NCBI GenBank assembly: GCA_041577295.1
Contig: JBFGJG010000076.1
Location: 1 to 13,412 of the forward strand
Reading direction: 5' to 3'
DNA length: 13,412 nt
From: Gemmatimonadales bacterium
GTDB lineage: Bacteria > Gemmatimonadota > Gemmatimonadetes > Gemmatimonadales > GWC2-71-9
Part shown: in pieces, positions 1 through 8,900 of the stretch
Position numbering within the stretch: position 1 is the stretch's first letter
Layout of the letters: the number at the start of each line of letters is the position of its first letter
Position numbers and translations under genes: made by a program
Notes under the pieces: generated by a model
What the model saw: the letters and a program-made list of their open reading frames with translations, nothing else
Databases searched by the model: none
What the model was told of the DNA's origin: nothing

Positions 1-2
1 AG

Positions 3-335
3 GCGGCCGGTGACAGCTTGGGGGCGTTGGCCCTCATGGCTTCGGATGTCGTGATCTTCGAAAGCGGTGGTGTCGAGGCGTCGCGGGAGGAGTACCGCTC
101 GCACCATTTGGGTGTCGACGTGCAGTTCGCATCATCTGTGGTGCGCGAAATCGTCGATCAGCAGACCCAGACAATGGGCGAGTACGCCCTCGTGCTGACC
201 CAGACACGGGTGAGCGGCACGTTTCGCGAGCGCGAGATCAACAGTCGTGGTGTCGAAACCCTCGTCCTACGGCGGACGGCGGATGGGTGGCGCATCGTGC
301 ATGTGCACTGGTCGTCGCGTAGGGAAAGACAGTGA
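3..335 (+). CDS. NTF2-like / SnoaL-like (DUF4440/YybH-type) protein, 5'-truncated by the window edge
   Basis: The frame is open from position 3 (AAGDSLGALALMASDVVIFESGG...), so the TTG at 18 is probably not the start. Patterns typical of the NTF2-like fold: 'DVVIFESGG', 'EYRSHHL', 'ETLVLRRTADGWRIVHVHWSS'. Stop TGA at 333-335. Confidence 0.8.
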   Translation, partial: AAGDSLGALALMASDVVIFESGGVEASREEYRSHHLGVDVQFASSVVREIVDQQTQTMGEYALVLTQTRVSGTFREREINSRGVETLVLRRTADGWRIVHVHWSSRRERQ

Positions 336-342
336 GTGTGGT

Positions 343-398
343 GAGTAGGAGTAGGGAGTAGGGAGCTACCTCCGTTTTTCCCAACCGCCTTTACTCCT
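343..398. repeat. Short GAGTAGG heptamer repeats forming an imperfect intergenic hairpin
   Basis: GAGTAGG at 343, 349 and 356. AGGAGTA (347-353) is the reverse complement of TACTCCT (392-398), extendable by G-U/G-C pairs. Confidence 0.5.
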
Positions 399-525
399 GC
401 ATTCGGACCTCCACTCGAGCCGTCCACGAGCCCGCTCGCCATACGGATCCGCCCGTTCAGCGCCCGCCCCCCTCCATCCGCTCGTCCATCCGGGTACCTT
501 GCCCACGCACCTTCACCTGTCATTC

Positions 526-535
526 CGAGGAGGAG
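526..535 (+). promoter_or_regulatory. Shine-Dalgarno site of the S9 peptidase
   Basis: GAGGAGGAG lies just upstream of ATG 540. Confidence 0.8.
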
Positions 536-539
536 TTCC

Positions 540-3251
540 ATGCGTCGCATGCTCACGATGGGGTTTGCGCTCGGATTGCTGGCGGGCGCCGGGCCGCTGC
601 AGGGGCAGCAGGCACCCCTCATCGATCGCGAGTTGTTCTTTGGCGACCCCGAGCTGTCCGGAGCACAGATCTCGCCGAACGGCGAGTACGTGTCGTTTCG
701 GAAGCCCTACAACGGGGTCATGAACATCTGGGTCAAGGACACGAACCAGCCGTTCGAGGCCGCCCGGCCCATCACGGCGGACACCACGCGGCCGGTCACT
801 GGCTATTTCTGGAGCCACGACAGCCGCATGATCCTGTACGTACAGGACAAATACGGCAACGAGAACTACCACGTTTACGCCGTCGATCCCTCCGCATCCG
901 CGGAAGCTGCCACCGGCGTGCCGCCGGCGCGCGATCTGACGCCTTTCGAGGACACACGGGCGTTCATTTATAGCGTGCCGCGAGCGACCCCCAACCACAT
1001 CATCGTGGGTCTCAACGACCGGGATCCTGAGTGGCACGATGCGTATCGGCTCGATCTCCGCTCAGGTATGCGGGAGCTGCTGGTGGAGAACACCGAGCGC
1101 GTCGCCGGTTGGGTAACGGACAACGACGGCGTGATCCGCATGGCCTTGCGCGTCGCAGACGACGGCGGGACGGAGATCATGCGCGTAGTGAACGGAGCGC
1201 TCACGGAGCCCGTCTACAGCTGCTCCAACGAGGAGACGTGCGGTCCGGTCCGGTTCCACAAGGACGGTCGGCGCGTTTACATGATCTCCAACCGAGGCGG
1301 CGACGTTGATTTAGCACGCCTCATCCTGTTCGACCCCATCACACAAGAGGAAACGGTCGTTGAGTCGGATCCTGAAAAACAGGTCGACTTCGGTGGGGCA
1401 GCGTTTTCGGATGTCTCCAACGAGCTGATGGCCACGTTCTACGTGGGTGACCGGGTCCGCATCTACCCCAAGACCGACGAGTTCCGCGACATGCTCCGGC
1501 GGCTGCGAGCACACCTGCCGGACGGTGAGTTGAGCGTTGGCTCGAGCACCTTCGACGAGCGCATCGTGGTGATCCGTGTCTCACGCGACGTCGATCCCGG
1601 CTCGACATACATCTACGACACAGAGCGCGACGAGCTGACGCTGCTGTACCGAACCCGCCCGGACCTCCCCAGCGAGGACCTGGCGCCCATGCGCCCCATT
1701 CGGTATACGGCGCGTGACGGACTCGAGATTCCGGCCTACCTGACTGTTCCGAAAGGGATGGACGCGGTGAACCTGCCGCTGGTCGTGTTCCCGCACGGGG
1801 GCCCGTGGGCGCGCGACATGTGGGGCTACAACCCCTACGCGCAGTTCCTGGCGAACCGGGGCTTTGCGGTTCTCTCACCCAACTTCCGCGGATCCACTGG
1901 GTACGGCAAAGCGTTCCTCAACGCCGGCAACAACGAATGGGGAACCGGTGCGATGCAGCACGACATCACTGATGGCGTGCAGTACCTGATTGCCGAGGGG
2001 ATCGCAAATCCGGAGCGGGTCGCGATCTTTGGCGGGTCGTACGGCGGGTACGCTACGCTCGCAGGACTCGCCTTCACACCGGAGCTCTACGCCGCCGGCG
2101 TCTCATACGTCGGTCCGTCGAACTTGCTCACGCTGCTGAACTCGATCCCGCCCTACTGGGCACCCCTCAAGAAGATCTTCAACGTCCGCCTCGGCAATCC
2201 AGACGACCCGGAAGACCGTGAGCGCTTGATTGCGCAGTCACCGCTCTTCTCCGCGGAAAAGATCACCGCGCCGCTGCTCGTGGTGCAGGGCGCCAACGAT
2301 CCGCGCGTCAAAGAAGCAGAGTCCGAGCAGATCGTCGTCGCGATGCGCGAGCTTGGGCGCGACGTGGAATACATGCTCGCCGAGGACGAAGGACACGGTT
2401 TTGCCGGCCGTGAGAACCGCCTGGCCCTCGCTGCGGCGCTGGAGCGGTTCCTCGCCGAGCACATCGGCGGACGCCATCAGAAGGACATGCCGGAAGACAT
2501 TGCGGCGAAGCTGGCCCTGCTCACGGTTGACGTGAACACGGTCGAGCTGGCGGCGCAGCCAACCGTGAGCGCCGATGCGGCAACCGCGCCGCTCCCGGCG
2601 GTGAACACTACGGTGCTCGCGCCCACGACGCTCGCGTACGCAGCGACGCTGCAGATGGCAGGGCAAGAGATCGGCATCGACCTCACCCGCACTGTCGAGC
2701 GTGCGACCTTCGAGGGCCAAGACGTGTGGCGCGTCGTGGACGTGGCCGTCACGCCGAGAGGTCCGCAGACCGATACCCTCGAGGTGCACGCGAACACGCT
2801 GCGGCCAATCCGGCATGCCGGCGGATCGGTCTCGCTCCGGTATACCGACGAAGCGGTGACAGGCCAGCTCCAGGGTATGGGGCAGACGGTCCCTGTGACC
2901 ATCACGCTCGACGCTCCGGCGTATGCCAGCGATGGAGGGACCGATCTCCCGGTAGCGGCATTGCCACTGAAAGTGGGATTCACGACGACGTTTCGGACCG
3001 TCAACGTCCTCATGGAGAAGGTCCGGCCCTTCTCGCTCACGGTCACAGGGGCGGAAACCGTCGATTGCGCCGCTGGGAGCTTCGAGACTTTCGTGGTCGA
3101 GATCGCTCCGCTGGACGGTGACGAGGCCGGAACAGCGACGTTGCACGTGATGCGGGCCGCCCCGCACATTGTGGTGCAGAGCACGACCCGTCTGCCGGCG
3201 ATGATGGGTGGTGGTACCATTGCTGTGGAACTGACTGGTGTGACCAACTGA
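540..3251 (+). CDS. Secreted S9 (prolyl oligopeptidase clan; dipeptidyl/acylaminoacyl peptidase-like) serine peptidase with an additional C-terminal domain
   Basis: 903 aa with an N-terminal signal peptide (MRRMLTMGFALGLLAGAGPLQG) and a beta-propeller-like region ('AQISPNGEYVSF'). Motifs: 'PHGGPW', 'NFRGSTGYG', nucleophile GGSYGG (Ser500), 'GANDPRV' (Asp587), 'DEGHGF' (His619). About 250 aa follow the hydrolase domain. Confidence 0.93.
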   Translation: MRRMLTMGFALGLLAGAGPLQGQQAPLIDRELFFGDPELSGAQISPNGEYVSFRKPYNGVMNIWVKDTNQPFEAARPITADTTRPVTGYFWSHDSRMILYVQDKYGNENYHVYAVDPSASAEAATGVPPARDLTPFEDTRAFIYSVPRATPNHIIVGLNDRDPEWHDAYRLDLRSGMRELLVENTERVAGWVTDNDGVIRMALRVADDGGTEIMRVVNGALTEPVYSCSNEETCGPVRFHKDGRRVYMISNRGGDVDLARLILFDPITQEETVVESDPEKQVDFGGAAFSDVSNELMATFYVGDRVRIYPKTDEFRDMLRRLRAHLPDGELSVGSSTFDERIVVIRVSRDVDPGSTYIYDTERDELTLLYRTRPDLPSEDLAPMRPIRYTARDGLEIPAYLTVPKGMDAVNLPLVVFPHGGPWARDMWGYNPYAQFLANRGFAVLSPNFRGSTGYGKAFLNAGNNEWGTGAMQHDITDGVQYLIAEGIANPERVAIFGGSYGGYATLAGLAFTPELYAAGVSYVGPSNLLTLLNSIPPYWAPLKKIFNVRLGNPDDPEDRERLIAQSPLFSAEKITAPLLVVQGANDPRVKEAESEQIVVAMRELGRDVEYMLAEDEGHGFAGRENRLALAAALERFLAEHIGGRHQKDMPEDIAAKLALLTVDVNTVELAAQPTVSADAATAPLPAVNTTVLAPTTLAYAATLQMAGQEIGIDLTRTVERATFEGQDVWRVVDVAVTPRGPQTDTLEVHANTLRPIRHAGGSVSLRYTDEAVTGQLQGMGQTVPVTITLDAPAYASDGGTDLPVAALPLKVGFTTTFRTVNVLMEKVRPFSLTVTGAETVDCAAGSFETFVVEIAPLDGDEAGTATLHVMRAAPHIVVQSTTRLPAMMGGGTIAVELTGVTN

Positions 3252-3270
3252 GGACCACTTGATAAGCGTG

Positions 3271-3313
3271 GGACGCCCGGACGCATCGTCTGCATCCGGG
3301 CGTCTTTTCATTT
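3271..3313 (+). terminator. Rho-independent terminator between the convergent peptidase and ATPase genes
   Basis: GACGCCCGGA (3272-3281) pairs perfectly with TCCGGGCGTC (3295-3304). Inner GCA/TGC pairs close a TCGTC loop, followed by TTTTCATTT. Lies 20 nt after the peptidase stop. Confidence 0.85.
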
Positions 3314-3319
3314 GGTGCG

Positions 3320-5329
3320 CTACCCCCCACTTCTCCCCAGGAGCCGCGCATTGATCGCCACGATCACGGTGGACAGCGACATGAGTACCGCGCCGACGGC
3401 CGGCGACAAGAGAATTCCAGCGCGGTAGAGCACACCCGCCGCCAGTGGGATCGCGACGACGTTATAGCCTGTTGCCCACCAGAGGTTCTGCACCATCTTC
3501 CCGTAGGTTTTGCGGGCGAGCTCCACGATGGCCAGCACGTCGCGAGGATCAGATCGCACGAGAACGATGTCTGCAGACTCGACTGCCACGTCGGTTCCAG
3601 CGCCGATCGCGATCCCCACGTCCGCCTCCACTAGAGCAGGAGCATCGTTCACACCGTCCCCGACCATCGCCACGGTGAGCCCACGTTCCTTGACCTCCCT
3701 CACCTTGCTCGCTTTCTGATCTGGCAACACCTCGGCAAAGAAGTCGTCGAGGCCAAGCTCATCGGCCACCCACCGCGCGACCGCGGTGGCATCGCCGGTC
3801 AGCATCATCACTTTGATCCCCATCTCCCTGAGCCGATCCAGTGCGGCGCGGGATTCTTCGCGCACGATATCGGCGAGGGCAATAGCGCCCACCGGTGTTC
3901 CCTCCTGCAGCACGTACACGACCGTCTTCCCCTGCTCGGCGAGCTTTGCGACCTCCGGATTATCGACAGCGGTGTCTTGCTCTCTGAGGTACCCCGGGCT
4001 CACGACCTTCACATCGGTGCCGTCGACCGTTGCCTCGGCCCCCTTGCCGGGGATGGCGCGAAACTCCCGTGCCGCGGGAAGATCGAGACCACGCTCGTCC
4101 GCGGCCCTGGTGATGCCTGCGGCGATGGGATGCTCCGATAGTCGCTCGAGCGCCGCCGCGAGGCGCAACACCTCTTGTTCGCTCACATTCTCGAGCGGGA
4201 CTACGTCCGTCACCCCGAACCGCCCTTCCGTGAGCGTGCCGGTCTTGTCGAAGATGATGGCGTCGAGATCGCGCGCACGCTCAAACGCCGTGCGATCGCG
4301 AATGAGGAGTCCGTGGTTGGCGGACAGGGCGGTCGAGACGGCGACCACTAATGGAATCGCGAGCCCTAGCGCGTGGGGACAGGTGATCACCATCACGGTG
4401 ACCATGCGCTCGAGCGCAAAGTCGAATGGTTGGCCGTGCACGAGCCACACAGTGAGCGTGACGCTGCCGGCGACGATCGCGATGATGGTGAGCCACAGTG
4501 CCGCGCGGTTGGCGAGGTCCTGGGTTTTGGAGCGGGTTTCCTGCGCGCGCCGCACCATCGCGATCACCTGGGAGAGGTAGGTGTCCTCTCCCGTCTTGCC
4601 TACCTCCACCGTGATAGCCGCTTCGCCATTCACCGCACCGCCAATCACCTCGTCGTCCGGTCTTTTTTCGACTGGTTTGCTCTCACCGGTGAGCATCGCC
4701 TCGTTGACAGAGGTACGGCCCTCCACGATTCGGCCATCGGTGGGAATCTTCTCGCCGGGTTTGATCAAGACGCGGTGTCCCGGGTGGAGGTCGCTCACGG
4801 GTACGTCCGTGACGGACCCATCGTCCTGCATCAGATGCGCGTCCGCCGGGAGGAGCGCCACGAGCTTCTCGAGTGCGGCCGATGCTCCCATGACCGATTT
4901 CATCTCGATCCAGTGGCCCAGGAGCATGATGTCGATCAGCGTGGCCAGCTCCCAGAAGAACACCTCGCCGTCGAGACCGAACACGACGACCGAGCTGTAG
5001 ACGTAGGCCACGGTGATTGCCAGGGCGATGAGGGTCATCATCCCGGGCCGGAGATCCTCGAGCTCGTTGAAGAGGCCCTTCAGGAAGGGTGCGCCGCCGT
5101 AGAAGTAGACGATCGACGCGAGGACGAACTGGACGTAGCCGTCGCCGGGGAACGCAAGGGTCTCCCGCAGGCCGAGCCATTCCTGGATCATCGGCGCGAG
5201 CGCGACGACCGGCACGCTCAGGACCAGAGAGATCCAGAAGCGACGCCTGAAGTCAGCCACCATGTGCGCGTGATGGGAGTGGTGGCCGCCGTGTTCAGGG
5301 CCTCGTTGCTGTGCGTCGTGCTGGGTCAT
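3320..5329 (-). CDS. copB: Copper-translocating P-type ATPase, P1B-3 (CopB-type)
   Basis: 669 aa. Short His-rich N-terminus ([12 protein letters not shown]), TGES actuator motif, CPH metal site ('[10 protein letters not shown]'), DKTGTLT phosphorylation site, 'SEHP', 'GDGVNDAP', TM motifs 'GYN' and 'MSLST'. No CxxC HMA domain. Confidence 0.93.
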   Translation of the reverse strand: MTQHDAQQRGPEHGGHHSHHAHMVADFRRRFWISLVLSVPVVALAPMIQEWLGLRETLAFPGDGYVQFVLASIVYFYGGAPFLKGLFNELEDLRPGMMTLIALAITVAYVYSSVVVFGLDGEVFFWELATLIDIMLLGHWIEMKSVMGASAALEKLVALLPADAHLMQDDGSVTDVPVSDLHPGHRVLIKPGEKIPTDGRIVEGRTSVNEAMLTGESKPVEKRPDDEVIGGAVNGEAAITVEVGKTGEDTYLSQVIAMVRRAQETRSKTQDLANRAALWLTIIAIVAGSVTLTVWLVHGQPFDFALERMVTVMVITCPHALGLAIPLVVAVSTALSANHGLLIRDRTAFERARDLDAIIFDKTGTLTEGRFGVTDVVPLENVSEQEVLRLAAALERLSEHPIAAGITRAADERGLDLPAAREFRAIPGKGAEATVDGTDVKVVSPGYLREQDTAVDNPEVAKLAEQGKTVVYVLQEGTPVGAIALADIVREESRAALDRLREMGIKVMMLTGDATAVARWVADELGLDDFFAEVLPDQKASKVREVKERGLTVAMVGDGVNDAPALVEADVGIAIGAGTDVAVESADIVLVRSDPRDVLAIVELARKTYGKMVQNLWWATGYNVVAIPLAAGVLYRAGILLSPAVGAVLMSLSTVIVAINARLLGRSGG

Positions 5330-5439
5330 CTTGCAAAGAGCCTAAGTCGCATTGAATTCCATATAAGCTCTCCAGTTGTCACATATTGTCTAACATGCAG
5401 TTACGGTCGCAACGTGGTCCATTTGAAATAACCCTGTCG

Positions 5440-5676
5440 AAGCTTTACAGGGCCCCGTCAAAGCTTTGAATGGTCGTGTCGAAGCTTCCACCGGCCGTCT
5501 CGAAGCTTCGCAGCACCGTCCGCAAGCTTTGGGTCGGCTCGTGCAAGCTTGCATCAGGCGCTCAGAAGCTTTGGGCGGGCGGATGGAAGCCTAGATTCAT
5601 GGAACGCAAGCTTTGGCATGGTCACCCAAAGTTTCGAGAGGCCCGTTCAAAGCTTTCGACAGGTCAATCGAAGCTT
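5440..5676. repeat. Tandem array with exact 21-bp period: 12 AAGCTT palindromic cores separated by variable 15-nt linkers
   Basis: Cores start at 5440, 5461, 5482, 5503, 5524, 5545, 5566, 5587 (AAGCCT), 5608, 5629 (AAGTTT), 5650 and 5671. A degenerate 13th (AAACGT) is in register at 5692. Ten cores are perfect, two have one mismatch, and there are no indels. Confidence 0.95.
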
Positions 5677-5767
5677 CGAGATGGCTGACCGAAACGTCGA
5701 CCTGGGCGAGTAGTGCGCAGAGTTGTGTGGAAATGACATGGTGTTGGCTGTCAGGAGATCGAGCACG

Positions 5768-5835
5768 CCAAGGCCAAGAATGCAACCGGCGGGGTGAACG
5801 CCGCGCACCCCGGAGGAGGTAGGCAATGGCCTTGG
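5768..5835. other. Nested intergenic stem-loop of unknown function
   Basis: Outer stem CCAAGGCCA (5768-5776)/TGGCCTTGG (5827-5835), perfect 9 bp. Inner stem CGGGGTG (5790-5796)/CACCCCG (5806-5812), perfect 7 bp, with a 9-nt loop. No U-tract. Confidence 0.55.
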
Positions 5836-5912
5836 AGGACAAGAGTGGCAATCCGGACGGAGGCGCTCTGAGCGCACCGTGACCGTAGTGCCGATCCGCA
5901 CGGTAGGCTTTT

Positions 5913-8900
5913 CTAGCTCTCGGTCGCAACCACCATCTGTTCTTGTAGCGCGGGCCGCACCGCCCTGTCAGGCTCACGCCGGACCTGCCACTGCCGCCAC
6001 AGCAGATAGATCGCAGGGATCACAATCAGCGTCAGCGCCGTCGCGGTGAGCATGCCGCCAACCATCGGCGACGCGATCCGCTTCATCACGTCCGCACCGG
6101 TTCCGCTGCTCCACATGATCGGCGCGAGGCCGGCGATGGTCGCGGTGACGGTCATGATCACCGGACGCAGGCGCTCGAGTGCGCCCTCTCTGACCGCTGC
6201 CGCGACGTCTTTTGGCGTGCGAATTCTGCCCTCGAGTCGTTGCCGGTGAAACGCTTCGTCCAGATAGATCAGCATCACGACGCCGGTCTCCGCGGCCACG
6301 CCGGCGAGAGCGATGAATCCCACCCACACGGCCACGCTGGTGTTGTATCCCAAGATCCACAGGAACCAGATTCCGCCCACCAACGAAAACGGCAGGGCCA
6401 ACATCACGATGAGCGATTCGGTAACGCCGCGAAAGTTGAGATAGAGCAGCAAGAAGATGACCCCGAGCGTTACGGGAACCACGATGCGGAGTTTCTGTGC
6501 CACTCGCTGCATGAACTCGAATTGACCACTCCAGATGAGACTGTACCCCGCAGGCAGTTGGAGCTCGTTGGCGACGACCTGCTGCGCCTCCCGCACGTAG
6601 CTCCCCACATCGCGCTCGCCAATGTCGACGAAAATGGTCGTAACTGGGAACGCATCTTCGGTCTTCACCGCCATCGGTCCCTGGACTACCTGAACCGTCG
6701 CGATCTGTCCCAGCGGAATCTGTATTCCGCCCATGGCGGGAATGATCACCTCTCGCAGCTTTTGCACGTCGTCTCGTAACTCGCGCGGGTAGCGCACGCT
6801 CACGTCGTACCGTTCCCGACCTTCCACGGTCACCGCCGCTGTCATGCCACCGACGGTGGCCATGATGGCGTCGTGAATGTCACCGACGTTGAGACCGTAT
6901 CTCGCCGCCTGGGAGCGGTCGATGTCGATGTCCACGTAGAATCCCGACACACCTCGCTCGGCGAATGCGCTCCGAGTGCCGGGGATTTGCTGCATGATGC
7001 GTTCGACACGCTCACCCAAGGTCTGGAGGGTGTCGAGATTCGGGCCAAAAATCTTGATCCCTACCGCTGTCCGCACGCCGGTGGCCAACATGTCGATCCG
7101 TCCCTTGATGGGCATCGTCCACGCGTTCGTGACCCCCGGCATACGGACGGCCCGATCCATCTCGGCGATCAGGCGCGAGTAGGTCATCCCCTTCCGCCAC
7201 TGCTCCGTGGGTTTGAGGGTGATCGTCGTCTCGTACATGTCGAGCGGCGCGGGATCGGTCGCCGTCTCCGCGCGGCCTGCCTTGCCGAGAACGGTTTGCA
7301 CTTCCGGGAACGATCCGAGGACGCTGTCTTGGTACCGCATGATCTCGCGCGCCTGCGCGATGGAGACACCGGGAACCGTGGTAGGCATGAACAGCACGGA
7401 CCCCTCGTGAAGCGGCGGCATGAACTCGCTGCCCAATCGCTGCCACGGCAGGATGGTGGCTATCAGGATAGCGGCGGCCGCACCAATCACGAGCCACGGG
7501 CGACGCAGGACGAAGTCGATGACTGGTTTATAGGTCCAACGCAGCGCCCGGCTGATCGGATTGGCAGCCTCGGAGCGGATTTTGCCACGAATCAGGTAGC
7601 CCATCAGCACCGGTACGAGCGTGATGGAGAGCAGTGCCGAACCGGCCATCGCGAACGTCTTGGTGAACGCTAGCGGCTTGAACAGTCTCCCCTCTTGTTG
7701 TTCGAGGGCAAACACTGGCAGGAAGCTGAAAGTGATGATCAGGAGCGAAAAGAAGAGTGGTGGCCCCACCTGTTTGGCGCTGGCCAGTACGATGTCCCAC
7801 CGCGAGGCCGTTGTGTTCTCGGCGCGCTCGAGATGTTTGTGCATGTTCTCGATCATCACGATGGCGGCGTCCACCATGGCGCCAATCGCGATAGCGATGC
7901 CACCCAAGCTCATGATGTTGGCGTTCACCCCGATCGAACGCATGACAACAAACGAGATCAGGATGCCCAAAGGCAGCGTGACGATCGCTACCAGGGCCGA
8001 ACGGGCGTGGAGCAGGAACAGCACCGCCACTCCGGCCACGATGAGCAGTTCCTCGATCAGCTTATCGCGCAACGTTCGTATGGCACGGTGAATCAGGTCG
8101 CTCCGATCGTAGACCGTGCGGAGCCGTACATCGGCGGGGAGCCCCTCCTGGATCTCCGCAATGCGCTGCTTCACCGCCTCAATCGTCTTCAACGCGTCCG
8201 ATCCGAACCGCATTACCACGATACCGGCCACCACCTCGCCTTTGCCGTCGAGATCGGCGGCGCCCCGTCGCGGGGCCGGCCCGATCTGGACGGTGGCCAC
8301 ATCGGCCACGCGAATGGGTGTACCGCGCATGGTGGCCCCGACGGTGACGTTCTCGATGTCGCTCACGCCGTCGAGATAGCCAAGGCCGCGGATCATGTAC
8401 TCCCGGCCACCCATCTCGAGCACGCGCGCGCCGATGTCCACGTTGTGATCGCCTATAGCACGTGCCACGTGGGTGACGGGTATGTCGAATGCGCGCAGCC
8501 GCTCCGGATCGACCTCGACTTGGTATTGCTTGACGAACCCGCCAAGGCTCGCGACCTCCGATACGCCGGGCACGGCCGTGAGTTGGTATCGGACGTACCA
8601 GTCCTGAAGTGTTCTGAGCTGGGCTAAATCGAGGCTATCCGACTCGAGGACATACTCGAAGACCCAGCCGACACCGGTTGCGTCGGGTCCCAGCGTGGGC
8701 TCGACGCCACGCGGTAGCTGCTGCCGGATTCCGTTGAGATACTCGAGGACGCGCGAGCGAGCCCAGTAGATGTCGGTCCCGTCTTCGAAGATGACGTAGA
8801 CGAGACTCAGTCCGAAAAAGGAAAACCCCCGAACCACACGGGCGCCCGGTACCTTGAGCATCTCGGTGGCGATGGGGTAGGTGATTTGGTCTTCGACGAT

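Noticed and set aside
2238..3311. Long antisense ORFs (357 aa and 272 aa) over the peptidase 3' end
   Set aside because: Shadow ORFs of a GC-rich coding strand; no recognisable motifs.
4373..5431. 352-aa plus-strand ORF opposite copB, and similar ORFs opposite cusA/cusB/cusC (e.g. 7695-8627, 6873-7673)
   Set aside because: Antisense in-register shadows of well-supported genes; their His/Arg richness reflects reverse-complement codon bias.
5440..5676. Calling the 21-bp array a CRISPR array
   Set aside because: The conserved part is only 6 (at most ~12) nt and the linkers 15 nt, far below CRISPR repeat/spacer sizes; no cas genes in the window.
5470..5688. 72-aa ORF with KL heptads (MVVSKLPPAVSKL...) as a real gene
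   Set aside because: It is a translation of the AAGCTT repeat, has no RBS, and the same frame has a TGA at 5467-5469 inside the array, so it does not account for the first two units.
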